From IMG/VR virus record IMGVR_UViG_3300005274_000001, positions 1 to 64,000 of that record: a stretch of DNA of 64,000 bases; one strand, given 5' to 3'. This DNA is from a virus. Below the pieces are notes generated by a model. That model saw only the letters and a list, made by a program, of their open reading frames with translations, made no database searches and was not told the origin of the DNA. Of this stretch, positions 39,901 through 50,200 are shown piece by piece. The first letter of the stretch is position 1, and every line of letters begins with the position of its first letter. The position numbers and the translations under genes are program-made.

Positions 39901-41553
39901 CTGAGAAAACGCCTCTAGAATTCTGTACAAGTTGTCGTCTTCAAGCATTTCTTTTATTCCTTCAGGATCAAATTGTATTTCTCTAGCCAAAATAGAAGTA
40001 TCAGTATATTTAGCTAGTTCTGGAGAAATTAAAGTAGCAATTTTTGCATCTGCAAAAAAGTCAGCTAAATCTGAAGCAACATCAGAATCTTTGTAAGGAT
40101 CAAGAAAGAATCTCCTTATATAAGTTGATGCAGGTATGTTCTCTGAAAGTAAGTTTATTTCCTCAGAAAACACATGTTCTAGAAAGGTTTCTTTATAAGA
40201 GCGCTCACTAGGTAAGAAGAAAGACAAAAACAAAGTCAGACTATGCACATCATCTTCTTTTAATATGGGGTCTTTAGAAGAAAAAGAAACAACCTGCTCA
40301 GTTGCAAAGTCTAGAAGTTTGTTTAAAGACTCTTTGTATCTTGCTTCATGTACTGCTATTTCAACATCGTTAGAAGAGTCGTATGCTTCTTCTAACGCAC
40401 CAAGATTTTTCATAGATTCTGCAATTAGTTCTTTTAGCTTAAAGTAAGAACCTTCTTCTGATGATTGGTCTAATGACGCAAACAAGGCAAGCGCAGATAG
40501 TATAACTTCTCCTTTAGAATTTACAAACTCTTTAAAAGTTTTTTGAATGGTAAGAGGAGCCAATATAGCTTTATCTGATCTAGGTGTTACTTCTAGAAGA
40601 ACTTCAAAAAAAGAACTTAGATAATTTTTGATGTTTTCTGGAGAAGAGAGGTCAAATCCATATAAGTTTCTTTGTAAGAAATTGTTTATATCAAGCATGA
40701 CTTTTACTAAGCTCTTTTTAGACATTATTTCTTCAACTGTAAGCTCTATAAGCGCCTTTGGCGATAAGGCGTAAATTAAATTTCTTTCTATATCGTAAAG
40801 ATCTATTCGTGCTTTTGAAAAGTATATTCCTTTTAGCCTGTCTTTGTATAGGTTATAGAAAGACAAAAACCAATTAGCGTCTACATCTATTTGAACGCCG
40901 TTGTATTTTGAAACAACTAAATAAGTAAGAACATTTAAAGCGCCATCAGAAATATCGTGCAAGTAGTTAGACAAAAACTTCTTTAGCTCTTGAAAAACAC
41001 CTTCCTGCTTAAATACAAATGTTATGTCTTCTTGTCCTATCAAATCGTACTTGTCTAAATAGCCCTTTTCTAACAAAAAACCAATTGCTAAAGAAGTCAT
41101 CAAAGTAAAAAATCCTGATACTGGCTTAAATTCACGAAGAACTTCCCAATTTTCATCAATTCCTAAAATGTTGTTTAATTCAATTATATTTCCTTCACTA
41201 GCATCTATATCAAAAACGCTTTCGTCTAGCTTTTCTACAAATTCTTCTACATAGTTACTTTCTTCTTCTTTTTCGGATTCCTGAAAATTTTCTTCTCTAT
41301 AGCTTTCATAAACCTGTTGTCCTTGCGCAACTTGATATTTTTGTGCATATTTTTCGTATTCTTCTAGTATCCAGTTAGAATCAGGTTGATTTACAATAAC
41401 GCCGTTCTTAGGTTTAATTACTTGTCCTTCAAAAAATACAAAGGTAGTTGGATAATCTTTGTGATAAAGAACAAATCCTTCAGGAACCCTTTTTACGACA
41501 TCATAATCTTTTTCTGTCGTAATAGGACCAGTTACTGAGTAAAAAGTGCCCAT
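36979..41553 (-). CDS. Giant (~1524 aa) probable virion protein with C-terminal zincin domain
   Basis: LMHEVGHALA plus downstream EVPSTALEFYF...RYPTYY; start MGTFY at 41553. Confidence 0.7.
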   Translation of the reverse strand: MGTFYSVTGPITTEKDYDVVKRVPEGFVLYHKDYPTTFVFFEGQVIKPKNGVIVNQPDSNWILEEYEKYAQKYQVAQGQQVYESYREENFQESEKEEESNYVEEFVEKLDESVFDIDASEGNIIELNNILGIDENWEVLREFKPVSGFFTLMTSLAIGFLLEKGYLDKYDLIGQEDITFVFKQEGVFQELKKFLSNYLHDISDGALNVLTYLVVSKYNGVQIDVDANWFLSFYNLYKDRLKGIYFSKARIDLYDIERNLIYALSPKALIELTVEEIMSKKSLVKVMLDINNFLQRNLYGFDLSSPENIKNYLSSFFEVLLEVTPRSDKAILAPLTIQKTFKEFVNSKGEVILSALALFASLDQSSEEGSYFKLKELIAESMKNLGALEEAYDSSNDVEIAVHEARYKESLNKLLDFATEQVVSFSSKDPILKEDDVHSLTLFLSFFLPSERSYKETFLEHVFSEEINLLSENIPASTYIRRFFLDPYKDSDVASDLADFFADAKIATLISPELAKYTDTSILAREIQFDPEGIKEMLEDDNLYRILEAFSQRKPSEDIPELRYVVDIINTLLSRHHNKSESLITEKVFPIIKAIIEKYENSPEKLFEVADFVKGFVEFLTDISTKRLPYVAEPNNLSAIGAVADFTDYMIYAYDKIVEKELSSSGEKKLMYRIAATNLLTYLANPSTLAEYFKVTSGEHFESIIKSYQNITNLLSKISSISVEQKADILKGIENVVSSINKMLNDIDKNKRITKRTIASLESMMYYLEHFIREDLMYFVGSDKSVLETFSKEISEIQKEYKKVYTSLFAMRNNLMANSLIGIFEKEKPEKFPAFLTSRYKAIIVDAMRRLVENSDLIYTEKEEKNFLSLYSVDESGIIDRKKKLDFVRIVNSSGKPALRVRIPSPEFSIKKNSEHFYELVHIEEMKEFFFEKTLEELLDKNPETYGLLEILPKELALRSLDHTFLYQINDPNFLSPSDLQAMTLAFIGRGGAYFLPKDSYSRRKALEGFVSSKVSELRKALSSKEKMSTLDKLRLSLQNFEVVDYTTNDKIRGLELSAKVRIGKNVYKVSVRDLGFHVYMHALVEYLHSIGKSEEEIIDELDSFNNFLTDAQEDLKERLTLNKFFKWFNNRIDKNAFVKFLIKSAIELSTEGKSSVALSNEDNIRTSPPPPESVNAQGLGESLVGYHSPFDTPMSSLMFSKMLEKAKPLLGEDWFNFVKELSEKYINIVINPNGWYYALGNTININPIAYLLTKQLPRPSISMMLRGIKAAATLKKRTFDTLHDYQKEITTQNKEESMYTRIVQAFTSTLMHEVGHALANAYHQIKDLVRGKEDEVDTHISEEDDVKIDINDTIENIIERESEKERFDPREIQEMSKEIPDFITLTFLKYQRPRIVEFTKRAVDELGLDKNLLDRIQITSTNLNSDLQVLYSNYYKFLEDAQKKISENGEEFERKLDEMMKEYEIMNFYSFFNIIEVPSTALEFYFLYGEEEFKNRYPTYYPMIKRLIEDYKLALEKEKEDETK

Positions 41554-41574
41554 ATTCAAAATTTATTTTATCAT

Positions 41575-42091
41575 CTACCTTGCTATCTCTACAAAAGCCT
41601 TTATAATTTCATCTAAAATGAAAGACTCAGAAGCTTCTACGCCAATTTTAGACAAAGCATCTTTTACTATTCTCTTAAAATCTTCAACGACTGAAGCTGA
41701 TAGGTTGCTCTTGTTTACTTTGTGTTGATAGGCATCAATCTTATCAGGAAAATCTAGACCTTCAACCAAAGAAGACAGGTCTTCTTCACTTAAGTCATAA
41801 ACAGCCACAATTTTAGGTATTAGCGATTTCACAAGTTTTTCTTTAAATCTATTTCCAGAGTAATTCTTTATAACATCTCTAGCAGGAACTCTAAGTTCTT
41901 TGTCTTCAGGCTTTTCTTGAAGCACAAATTCTAAAAGCGCATCAAGAATTTCGTTTGTGTCAGAATAGTAAACTAATCTCTTGTCTTCTGAGATTCTAGC
42001 TTTCTCTTTTTCGATGTTTTCTGCTATTTTTTCAGCATCTTTGAGAAGTTCTTCATCTTTTTTATAAGGAAGAGAAGGAAGGTTGAACTTT
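41575..42091 (-). CDS. Out-of-frame C-terminal continuation of the 1604-aa protein
   Basis: Frame of ORF-track 41575..41925 is open back to the A7 run (KFNLPSLPYKKDEELLKDAEKIAENIEKEK...) with no SD/start. Confidence 0.75.
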
Positions 42092-45000
42092 TTTTAGCAC
42101 ACGATTTGTCAAGCTAACGATTGCTTTATCAGGTGAAGCGTCAACTTCTTCTTGCTGTATAAGTCCTTGTTCATCTTCTGTTTGAACTGTTGTTTGTATT
42201 CCTTCGTCTGTTATTTTTGCATCTACAACCTCTTTCTTGCCTTTTGGCTTTTTCTTGGATTTTGATTTCTTTTTATCTTTCTTCTGCTTTTCTTTCTTTG
42301 TTTCACTAGATTCTTGTTGTTCTTCTTTTTGAGCTTCAGTTGTTTCTTCTTCTGTAATTGTTTCAGTTTCTACGTTGGGACGCAAAGTATCAACAATCGC
42401 AAAAGCCTCTGCAAGAAAATCTGAAGTCTTAGAGAATACCTTTGTCTTTTCGCCTTCTCTTATGTAATAGAATCCTCTTTCTCCTAAAGACTTTTTGCCA
42501 AAAGAAAAGCTTTCTAACGAAAACTCAAAATCATCTTCAGAAAGAATTTTTGAGAAGTAAGGAAGATAGACTGCAACATTAGGATTTTCTAAAGCTGCAT
42601 AAATAATGAGAAGGTTATCTGAAAGGAGAGGATTGTCAATATCGTCTAAAGTTAGATAATGTTCATTTTCTTCACTTTCTACAAACTTAAAAGTAGCTAC
42701 ATCTGGTTTTCCTTCTTCACCTGTGATAACTTCAAGCGAAATTTTGTCAGTTAAAGGCATTTCAATGTATTCATTAGACTTTGATATTTGTTCAAAAAGT
42801 TTTGTGTAAGTTTCGTTTCTAATCTTCTTCTTAAGTCTATCGCTAATGTAGCTTTCATCAGAAGTTCTTTGAAGTATTGTTTGAGCAACACTCCTAGCTA
42901 AAGGATTTTTTGATTGTTTGAAAACCTTTTCAGCAACTGAGCGCAAAGACTCTTTCTTTGTTGAAGATGTGTATTCATCGAGAACGTCATAAGAAACATC
43001 AACCAACTTTTTAAAGTCTTTGTCTTCGTTATAAGCTTTTTCAAAATCTGCTAGATAAGCATATGCGTTATCTATACTTACGAAGTAAGGCGATACTTTG
43101 TCTAAGTTTTCAGGCTTGAAGATGCCAAAGTAAATTAAACCCTTTATGTCTTTTTCTACTTCAGGATCAAAGTCAACAGCTTGTTGAATCGCCTCAGCAA
43201 CATAAGAAATTGTTGAAGGTGAAGAGAAAAGGTTTATTAAGTTCGAGTAATACTCTTCTTTCTCAGCAGAAAGGCTTGTTTCAACTTCTTCAACAGCTTC
43301 TTTCTTTTCTTCTTCTAAAACAATTTCGCTAGCTTGTTGTTCAAGGTTTTCTTTAACTTCTTCTTTATCTTCTTCTTTGATTGTTTCTTTTTGGTTTTTA
43401 GAAGATTTCTTATTTGTCTTTTCTGATTCTTTTTTGTCAGATTTAGCCTTCTTCTTAGAAGTTTTTGTTTCAGATTCTTTAGCTTCTGAAGAAACTTCAG
43501 TTGTAGGAGAAGGCTCAGAAGTTTCTTCAGTTGAAGAAGTAGATTCAGGAACTTCTTCAGTTTGAGAAGGTATTTCAGTAATTTCTTCTGTTCTTGTTTC
43601 TTCAGAAGGCTTTTCTTCTTTTTCTTTGGTTTTCTTTTTGGACTTCTTTTTGGCCTTCTTTTTAGACTTCTTCTTCTCTTTTATAGCCTTGTTAAGTTGC
43701 TCAATAGACGAATTCAGAAGTTTATCTTGCGAGGTTGCCTCAGAAATAGTTTCAAAAGCTTCATCAACTGCTGTCTTAAAGTCTTTTCCTAACTTCTTTA
43801 AGTCTTTCAGTTGTAGAGTTCCTAAAGTCTTATTTCCAGACCTGAATGCGCAAGATAGCCTATTGCCTATTTTTTTAATTTCAACTTCTTTGTCTTCATC
43901 TACATAAAGAGTCAAAGATTCATTTTCATCTAATGTTTCTTTAAGATTTTCTAAGTCTTCAAAAGTAACTTCGCTATAACTTATCTTTTCTAAAGGAACT
44001 TCAGATTCTGTAGCTGATTCTTCAGTTAAAGAAGCTTGCTCTTCTTCACCTATGATAGGTATTTCTTCATCAAAACTTATGGGCGGAGTTTGTGTGTGTA
44101 TTACATTAGGCGAAAAGTTGTCAAAGAGGTATAAAGGATTTTCTTTTGGCACTTTTGTCTTTAAGATATCGAGAATTGCATCTTCATAATTTTCAAATTC
44201 GCCATAAGAAACTGTGTCTTCAAACTTGTTGGAGAAAGAGTATTCTTTTGTGCCATTATATTCACCAAAAACTTCTTTCATGAAAGCATTTATTTTGTAA
44301 GCATAAGGCGCTGTGCCAATTACAAGTGCATCTAAGTCTTCTTTTGTTTCTATATCACTAAAGATGTTTGAAAGTTCGCCTAAGACTTCATTCAATCTTA
44401 CATCATCCTCTACGCCTTCATGTTCTTGTTCTAGATATACATCAAGAGGCATTCCTTTGGTTTGTTCTATTTCATCAATTTTCTTAGCTAGTTCTTCAAC
44501 ATTAGGATTGTATTGATCAAAAAGATGATAAGCAATAAGAGAAGAAGCTAAATTTCTAAATCTTATTACAAAGCTATCTAAGTGAGATTCTACATCCCAT
44601 TCCTTATTTAGTTCTGAGTGATTCTCATATATTATGTTTCCAAGCTCATCAGTTTTTAGATTTTGTGCATCAAAACGTTTTCCTTCTTTAGGAAGAAAAG
44701 CTAAATTTCTAACAGCCTCTTTAACTCTACTCAATAGTTCTGTATGAAGTCTGTTTTTACATACCTCTTCAGATTCTCCTTCTGCACAAGCATAGCTGTC
44801 TGTTAGTGTTTTTAAGGCTGCTGCAAAAACTTGCTTATCAAAATCTTTAACACTCTCTGCTTTGGCCTTAAGCTGAGTTGAATATCTTTCTTTAATTGCA
44901 TCCAAATAAGTTGAAGCTTGATACAAAAGGCCACTCAATGCACGATCTGTGTCGTCATTTAAAACTACCTTTAAAGTTCCATCGAGTCTGTCAAACATTC

Positions 45001-46876
45001 CTGCAAGAAGTGCTAGATTTACTAAGTTTTCTTCTGTGTTACCAATTCCTACTTTTGCTTCAGGCGAGTGATTTATAAGTTCTCTTACAGCAGAAGGAAA
45101 GTCTTCAAACAGATTTTTGAGTTTTTCTGGAAGCCTTATATTTTCTGACAATTCTTTTATTTGCTGTTCTTCAATTTGTCTTTCTATCTCAACTTGTTTT
45201 AAAAATTCTTCGTGCTCTTTTTCTTTTTCTTCTAGCATTCGCTTGATAAGCGAAGACCTCACTAGAGGATTAAACATTTGCCTAGGAATGTCTTTTTGAT
45301 CAGCAAGATTTGCTAGTTCATTTGATGTGTGTTGTAAGACTTTGTTTATATTTGGCACAAATCTAAAGTAGCCGTGAACAAGTTGAGTTTCGTATTGAGG
45401 AAGAAAAGCGTCAATGAAGAAAGCTAGACTTCCTAGCTTATTTTCGCAAATTTCTGACGCACCTTTTACTTCTTCTTTAAAAGATTGATAGCCTCTTTTT
45501 GAATACTCTAAATCTACACTATAAGAAACACAGAGATTTTGAAGCAGTTCATAGGTCTTACCTTTCTTAGAAAAATCTTTCATTAACTCTAGTGCTTGAT
45601 AGATATCTAGAGGCTCAAGGTTGTTGTCTAAAGCTAAGATACCTGCAAATGTGTTTGCTAACGCAGTAAGTGTGCGCTCAAAGCCTAAAGATTCTACATT
45701 TTTCATTAAGGTAGAAAAATTAAAATCAGAAAAAGATTGTCCCAAGAAAAATCTTGTTATTTTGTCAATATGTTCTTTGTAATCCCCTTGGCTTTTTTCT
45801 AGATACTCTATGCTTTCTTGATAAAGCTTTTCAGGTGAAGCCTCTTTTGTTTCTAAAACTTTATCAAGCGCTTCATCAATTAGCGCTTCTTTAACTTCTT
45901 CAGATAAGTCTTGTGCGCTAGCAAAAGTTTCTTTAAATTCATCAAACTTTTCTTTAGCTAAATTAATAAGCCTTCCTAAATCTTCTTCATTAAAAAGTTC
46001 GCTTAAACCTAGTAAGGCTTCTTTTGTTTTGTCTAGCGCATTTTCTAACTTTTCTAAGTTGCTTTCTTTGTCTTCATCTAAGTCGTTAGGAAAGAATTGT
46101 TCTACAAATTCATCAAACTTGTTTTCTATCAGCCTTCTATTCGCTTCAGAAATTAGGTCTTCTAAAGTAAAGAATTCTCTAAGCTCGTCTAAAACTTCTC
46201 TTGATTTTTTATCAAGACTTTCATAAAGCTCTTTCGCTTCTGAAAGCTTAAGAGGATTGCCCTCTTTTAATCTTTCTTCTGCTAGCTGTGAAATTGTTTC
46301 AAGAAGATCATTTTTTATCGCTTGTGCTTCTAATAATCTTTGGTTTTCTAAAATCTCAGCTTCTTTTGGCGAAATTTCTTTGTCTTCTAGCTCTTCTGAT
46401 ATTTCTTCTAAAGCTTCTGAGCTTTCTTCAAGCTGTTCTTCTAGAACATCTATTACTTCTTCAGCTTTTTCTTCTACTAACTCTTGTTGTAATTCTTGAA
46501 CTTCTTCTTGGCGCTCAACAGAAACTTCTTCTTGTTGCTCAGTAACCTCTTCTTCTGTTCTTGTTTCTTCAGGTAAAGCTTCTCCTTGTTGTAGATATTG
46601 AGAAACATCTATGTTGTATATCTTTGAAATAGTATTTAGCTGCTTTTCATCTAGCGAATTTCCAAAGTTGTTTAAGTATTCTTCAACATCTACTAGGTGC
46701 CAACCGTTTTCAGTTTCTATTGCAATGCCGTGTTTTGTGGTTTTTTGGCCTTGAAAATAGACACTTCTAGTTGGATTAGACTCCTTATATAAAACCTTTC
46801 CTTCAGGTACTACCTTAACCTTATCAAAAGGTGAGTTATCAGTATAAGTATTGTTGTAATCGTATACAAGGCCCAT
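42062..46876 (-). CDS. Giant acidic probable virion protein with Lys-rich tracts (truncated by frameshift as sequenced)
   Basis: 1604-aa ORF; TAGAAT-6 nt-ATG; Glu-rich; KKKSKKKAKKKSKKK tracts. Confidence 0.8.
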   Translation of the reverse strand: MGLVYDYNNTYTDNSPFDKVKVVPEGKVLYKESNPTRSVYFQGQKTTKHGIAIETENGWHLVDVEEYLNNFGNSLDEKQLNTISKIYNIDVSQYLQQGEALPEETRTEEEVTEQQEEVSVERQEEVQELQQELVEEKAEEVIDVLEEQLEESSEALEEISEELEDKEISPKEAEILENQRLLEAQAIKNDLLETISQLAEERLKEGNPLKLSEAKELYESLDKKSREVLDELREFFTLEDLISEANRRLIENKFDEFVEQFFPNDLDEDKESNLEKLENALDKTKEALLGLSELFNEEDLGRLINLAKEKFDEFKETFASAQDLSEEVKEALIDEALDKVLETKEASPEKLYQESIEYLEKSQGDYKEHIDKITRFFLGQSFSDFNFSTLMKNVESLGFERTLTALANTFAGILALDNNLEPLDIYQALELMKDFSKKGKTYELLQNLCVSYSVDLEYSKRGYQSFKEEVKGASEICENKLGSLAFFIDAFLPQYETQLVHGYFRFVPNINKVLQHTSNELANLADQKDIPRQMFNPLVRSSLIKRMLEEKEKEHEEFLKQVEIERQIEEQQIKELSENIRLPEKLKNLFEDFPSAVRELINHSPEAKVGIGNTEENLVNLALLAGMFDRLDGTLKVVLNDDTDRALSGLLYQASTYLDAIKERYSTQLKAKAESVKDFDKQVFAAALKTLTDSYACAEGESEEVCKNRLHTELLSRVKEAVRNLAFLPKEGKRFDAQNLKTDELGNIIYENHSELNKEWDVESHLDSFVIRFRNLASSLIAYHLFDQYNPNVEELAKKIDEIEQTKGMPLDVYLEQEHEGVEDDVRLNEVLGELSNIFSDIETKEDLDALVIGTAPYAYKINAFMKEVFGEYNGTKEYSFSNKFEDTVSYGEFENYEDAILDILKTKVPKENPLYLFDNFSPNVIHTQTPPISFDEEIPIIGEEEQASLTEESATESEVPLEKISYSEVTFEDLENLKETLDENESLTLYVDEDKEVEIKKIGNRLSCAFRSGNKTLGTLQLKDLKKLGKDFKTAVDEAFETISEATSQDKLLNSSIEQLNKAIKEKKKSKKKAKKKSKKKTKEKEEKPSEETRTEEITEIPSQTEEVPESTSSTEETSEPSPTTEVSSEAKESETKTSKKKAKSDKKESEKTNKKSSKNQKETIKEEDKEEVKENLEQQASEIVLEEEKKEAVEEVETSLSAEKEEYYSNLINLFSSPSTISYVAEAIQQAVDFDPEVEKDIKGLIYFGIFKPENLDKVSPYFVSIDNAYAYLADFEKAYNEDKDFKKLVDVSYDVLDEYTSSTKKESLRSVAEKVFKQSKNPLARSVAQTILQRTSDESYISDRLKKKIRNETYTKLFEQISKSNEYIEMPLTDKISLEVITGEEGKPDVATFKFVESEENEHYLTLDDIDNPLLSDNLLIIYAALENPNVAVYLPYFSKILSEDDFEFSLESFSFGKKSLGERGFYYIREGEKTKVFSKTSDFLAEAFAIVDTLRPNVETETITEEETTEAQKEEQQESSETKKEKQKKDKKKSKSKKKPKGKKEVVDAKITDEGIQTTVQTEDEQGLIQQEEVDASPDKAIVSLTNRVLKKVQPSFSSL

Positions 46877-46888
46877 ATATGTATTCTA

Positions 46889-47263
46889 CTATTCGCTTTC
46901 TTCTTCTTTTTCCTCTTCAGGTGTACAGTAAATTTCTTTTAAAGCATTAATGGGATCTTCATCTACACCGTATTTACTGAGGTATTTGATAGCTAAATCT
47001 AAATGATAACAGGACTGAAATTTATCATCATTTTGTTCAAATTCTACTAAAGCTGCAAGGCCACTAAGGTATTCAGCAAATTTTTTGCCGCTATAATCTT
47101 CTTCTAAAGAAGGAGTTTTTTCATACAAAACATTGGCCCAATCCCAAGATAAGTGCGGTAAAAAAAGCGCTAAAAATTTACTCACATAATTTCTTCTTCT
47201 TTCGGTATCCATTTCTTTACACATTTCAAGAAGCTCTTTGGGCATTTGTTCTTCTGTGGTCAT
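46889..47263 (-). CDS. Hypothetical protein
   Basis: AGGAGG SD; 124 aa. Confidence 0.8.
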   Translation of the reverse strand: MTTEEQMPKELLEMCKEMDTERRRNYVSKFLALFLPHLSWDWANVLYEKTPSLEEDYSGKKFAEYLSGLAALVEFEQNDDKFQSCYHLDLAIKYLSKYGVDEDPINALKEIYCTPEEEKEEESE

Positions 47264-47272
47264 TTTATCCTC

Positions 47273-50200
47273 CTACTTTATTTCTATCTTAACAGGGGTG
47301 ATGATATTAGCTAAAGCATCAGCTACTTTTCGATAGAATGCCTCTTCTCTTTCCTGCATGATAGCCTCGTATTCTGCTTCTTCATCTTGTTCAAGAATTG
47401 GTGTATTGTCAGCAAGAAGTTTTTGTGTGTCAAAAATTTTCTTAACTTCAAATGACTTCAATCCTAGAACAGCAGCAACACTTTGAGGAAGAACAATTGA
47501 AGCATCTACTTTACCTCTTTGTTTTCCACCAGGACGAAAAGCTCTACCTAACATTTGCAAAATTGTTTCATAAGAGAAAGTAGCGCCATGAACAACAATC
47601 CTTTGTGAAGGCATGTTTACACCTCTAGCTAGCGCTCTTGAGAGAACAGTTATAGAAGGTTTGTTGTTGGCATTGTGGCTTTCAATAATCTTCATTCTAT
47701 CAGCCATATCAGTTTCACCAGTAACTGACCCATTGTAGTATCGCTTAAGTGCCTCAACAACACCTTTATCGCCAAATATAGGTACCAAATTCCTAAACAT
47801 TCTTCCTAACGGTGTATTTCTTCTAATGTTGTCAATGACAAAATCTAAAGCCTTTACAAAAGCTGTGCTAGGAGAGGTGATAAGAATTTTTCTTCCTAAA
47901 TTGTTAGAAGCTTTATCTGCTGTTGAAAAGGGTTTTAAAGCTTCTTCTACTACTCTTTTAAACTGCTCAGTAGTTGCAATTGCGTTATAAGAGGCTCTGT
48001 CAAGTTCCTTACCAATTTGTTCACCAATTGTGTCTAGTGTAATATCGTTACCTTCACTTTGTCTAATTGTAAAGTTTTCGTTTAGAGTTCCATCCTCATT
48101 CAAGAAAGGTGCCGCTTTAGGATCATTTCTATCAACAAGTGTTCTTACGCCTGTTTGAAGGTCTTGTTTAACTAAGCGAATTTTAAACTCACCTTGTGCT
48201 GTGTTTTGAATTACTGGATAGTAAAGGTACTTATTATCAGAAAGCATAGGTGTAATGAAGAAAGTATACTTCATCATTTTGTTTCTTGTTTCGATAGAAA
48301 TCTTTCTTTCACTTCCTGTTTTTTGCTTCTTTTGTTCTAACGCACCGCTAACGCCTGTCCTTCTTTGTAAAGTTCCAGATTTTTCTTGCTCTTTGTCAAT
48401 CTTTTTGTTCCAAGCATAACCTGGAAATCTAATTTTGAATCCCTTTTTAAACTTTTGCTGCTTCTTTTCTCTAGAAGCATTTACATCTACATCAAATTCA
48501 ATCTCAGCAGAACCTAGACCGTGAGTTACTACATTTTCAAATCCCAAACTGAGCAAATCAGCAAATGTGTATTGTGTGTTGCCAAAAGAAACTACAGGAA
48601 CTTTTGTTGCCAAATCAAGAATTTCTCTTTTTAATCTAGCTTTCTTCTCACCCTCTGCACTTCTATATTCTTTGATTTTAGGAATCAAATCTTTTAAGAC
48701 ATTGTTACTACCAAACCTGTCTAAAATATTTGGACTAATTGACGCTAAAGTGTCAACAAGGCTTCTTATCGCAATCTCTCTAACTGAAGCGTTTTTAGGC
48801 TTGTTGTCTTCATCAATAATTATGAATGGACCTTCTTCATCAAAGCTAGTAAAGCCATACTCTAGTGCACGCTCCCAAGTGAAAGCACCACCCTGAACAT
48901 AGCTAAATAAGGTAGCAAAACCAGGAACATACATTTCGTAGAACAGCTTAGAATCTACTTCTTTTCTTGACTGCGTAACAGGATCGTAGATTGTTGTCAT
49001 TACATGTCTGTCTTCTTTATACAGCTTAGCTATCTGATAAATAGTTGAAGCTACAGTTAGGAACATTTCTTCAAACTTTTGTTTTGTTTTTTCTGGTTCT
49101 CTAACTAGAGGATCATCAGAAGATAGCTTTTGAGGATCAACTGGAGAAGTAGGCCAAGCTAGAGGATCATCAGTCTTTATATCAAGTTCAATTCCCTTTA
49201 GTTCAAGGTCAGTAGAACCTACAACATCAAGATAAGTTGCAGAGGCTCTAAGCATATCTTCATTAATTACTGGACCACCAGGTGTTTTAATTACAGGATC
49301 GCCAAGAATTCTTCTGAATAAATGGCCCTGATAAAACATCATTTCCATTGCTGAGGAGAAGTCCCTTGGGCTGTTAGACATTGCAGTAGCGTTAAGCAGC
49401 AATGTATAGCCACGATTCGCATCTGAAGTAATAGAGTCTGATATATCTTCAATGTGCCTTCTTCTAGCTGAGCTTTTTGAGAAAATTGTAGAAGCTTCGT
49501 CTACAAGAAGCATTCCAAACATTCCAAAAGGAACTGCTAGTTTTTGTCCTTTGTGGGAAATAATTGAAGGACCAGAAAGAAGATTTAAGAAATATTTATC
49601 AGCTTCATCTTCTGCACTAGCAGATTCCATTTTTTGGAATGTAGAAAGCTTCATGATTACCATTTTGGGAAGATTTACTTTTTCTCCTCTGTTTGCTCTA
49701 GCCCATAAATCAAGTAATTGACTCCATTTTTCTCTTCTTTGTTGCGGATTACCTTCAATTACAAATATATCTTGACCTACTTTCCAGCCAAACAATGTTT
49801 CAGCATCATCAATCCAGCCTTTTGCAATAGATTCAGGCATTACTGCTAAAGCAGGTCTTTGATCAAAAGTAATCTCCTTATTATCTCTTTTATAAGAAAC
49901 TTTATGAAGACCAAGATTTGTTGCAAATGCGTATGCTAGAAGACCAGTAAAAGTTTTTCCTAGACCAGTAGCGTGAGCAATAAACATTCCTACTTTTTGC
50001 AGATTTTCTAACTTAGAAGTGTGTCTTAGGTAGTGAGGATGCAAAAACTTAAGAAGTGCTTGAACCTGATAAGGTTGCAAAGAAATTTTCGGATCTGCAA
50101 ACTTTATTCTTTCGTTGTAAGAAATTGGCCCAATTTTAGAGTTGTATCCTATAATGCCGAATTTATGTAATAGTAAAGGCATCCACCTTAGAGGAAATTT

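Noticed and set aside
42088-42095. Programmed -1 ribosomal frameshift at the A run
   Set aside because: The continuation is in the +1 frame, so classical -1 slippage would not reach it.
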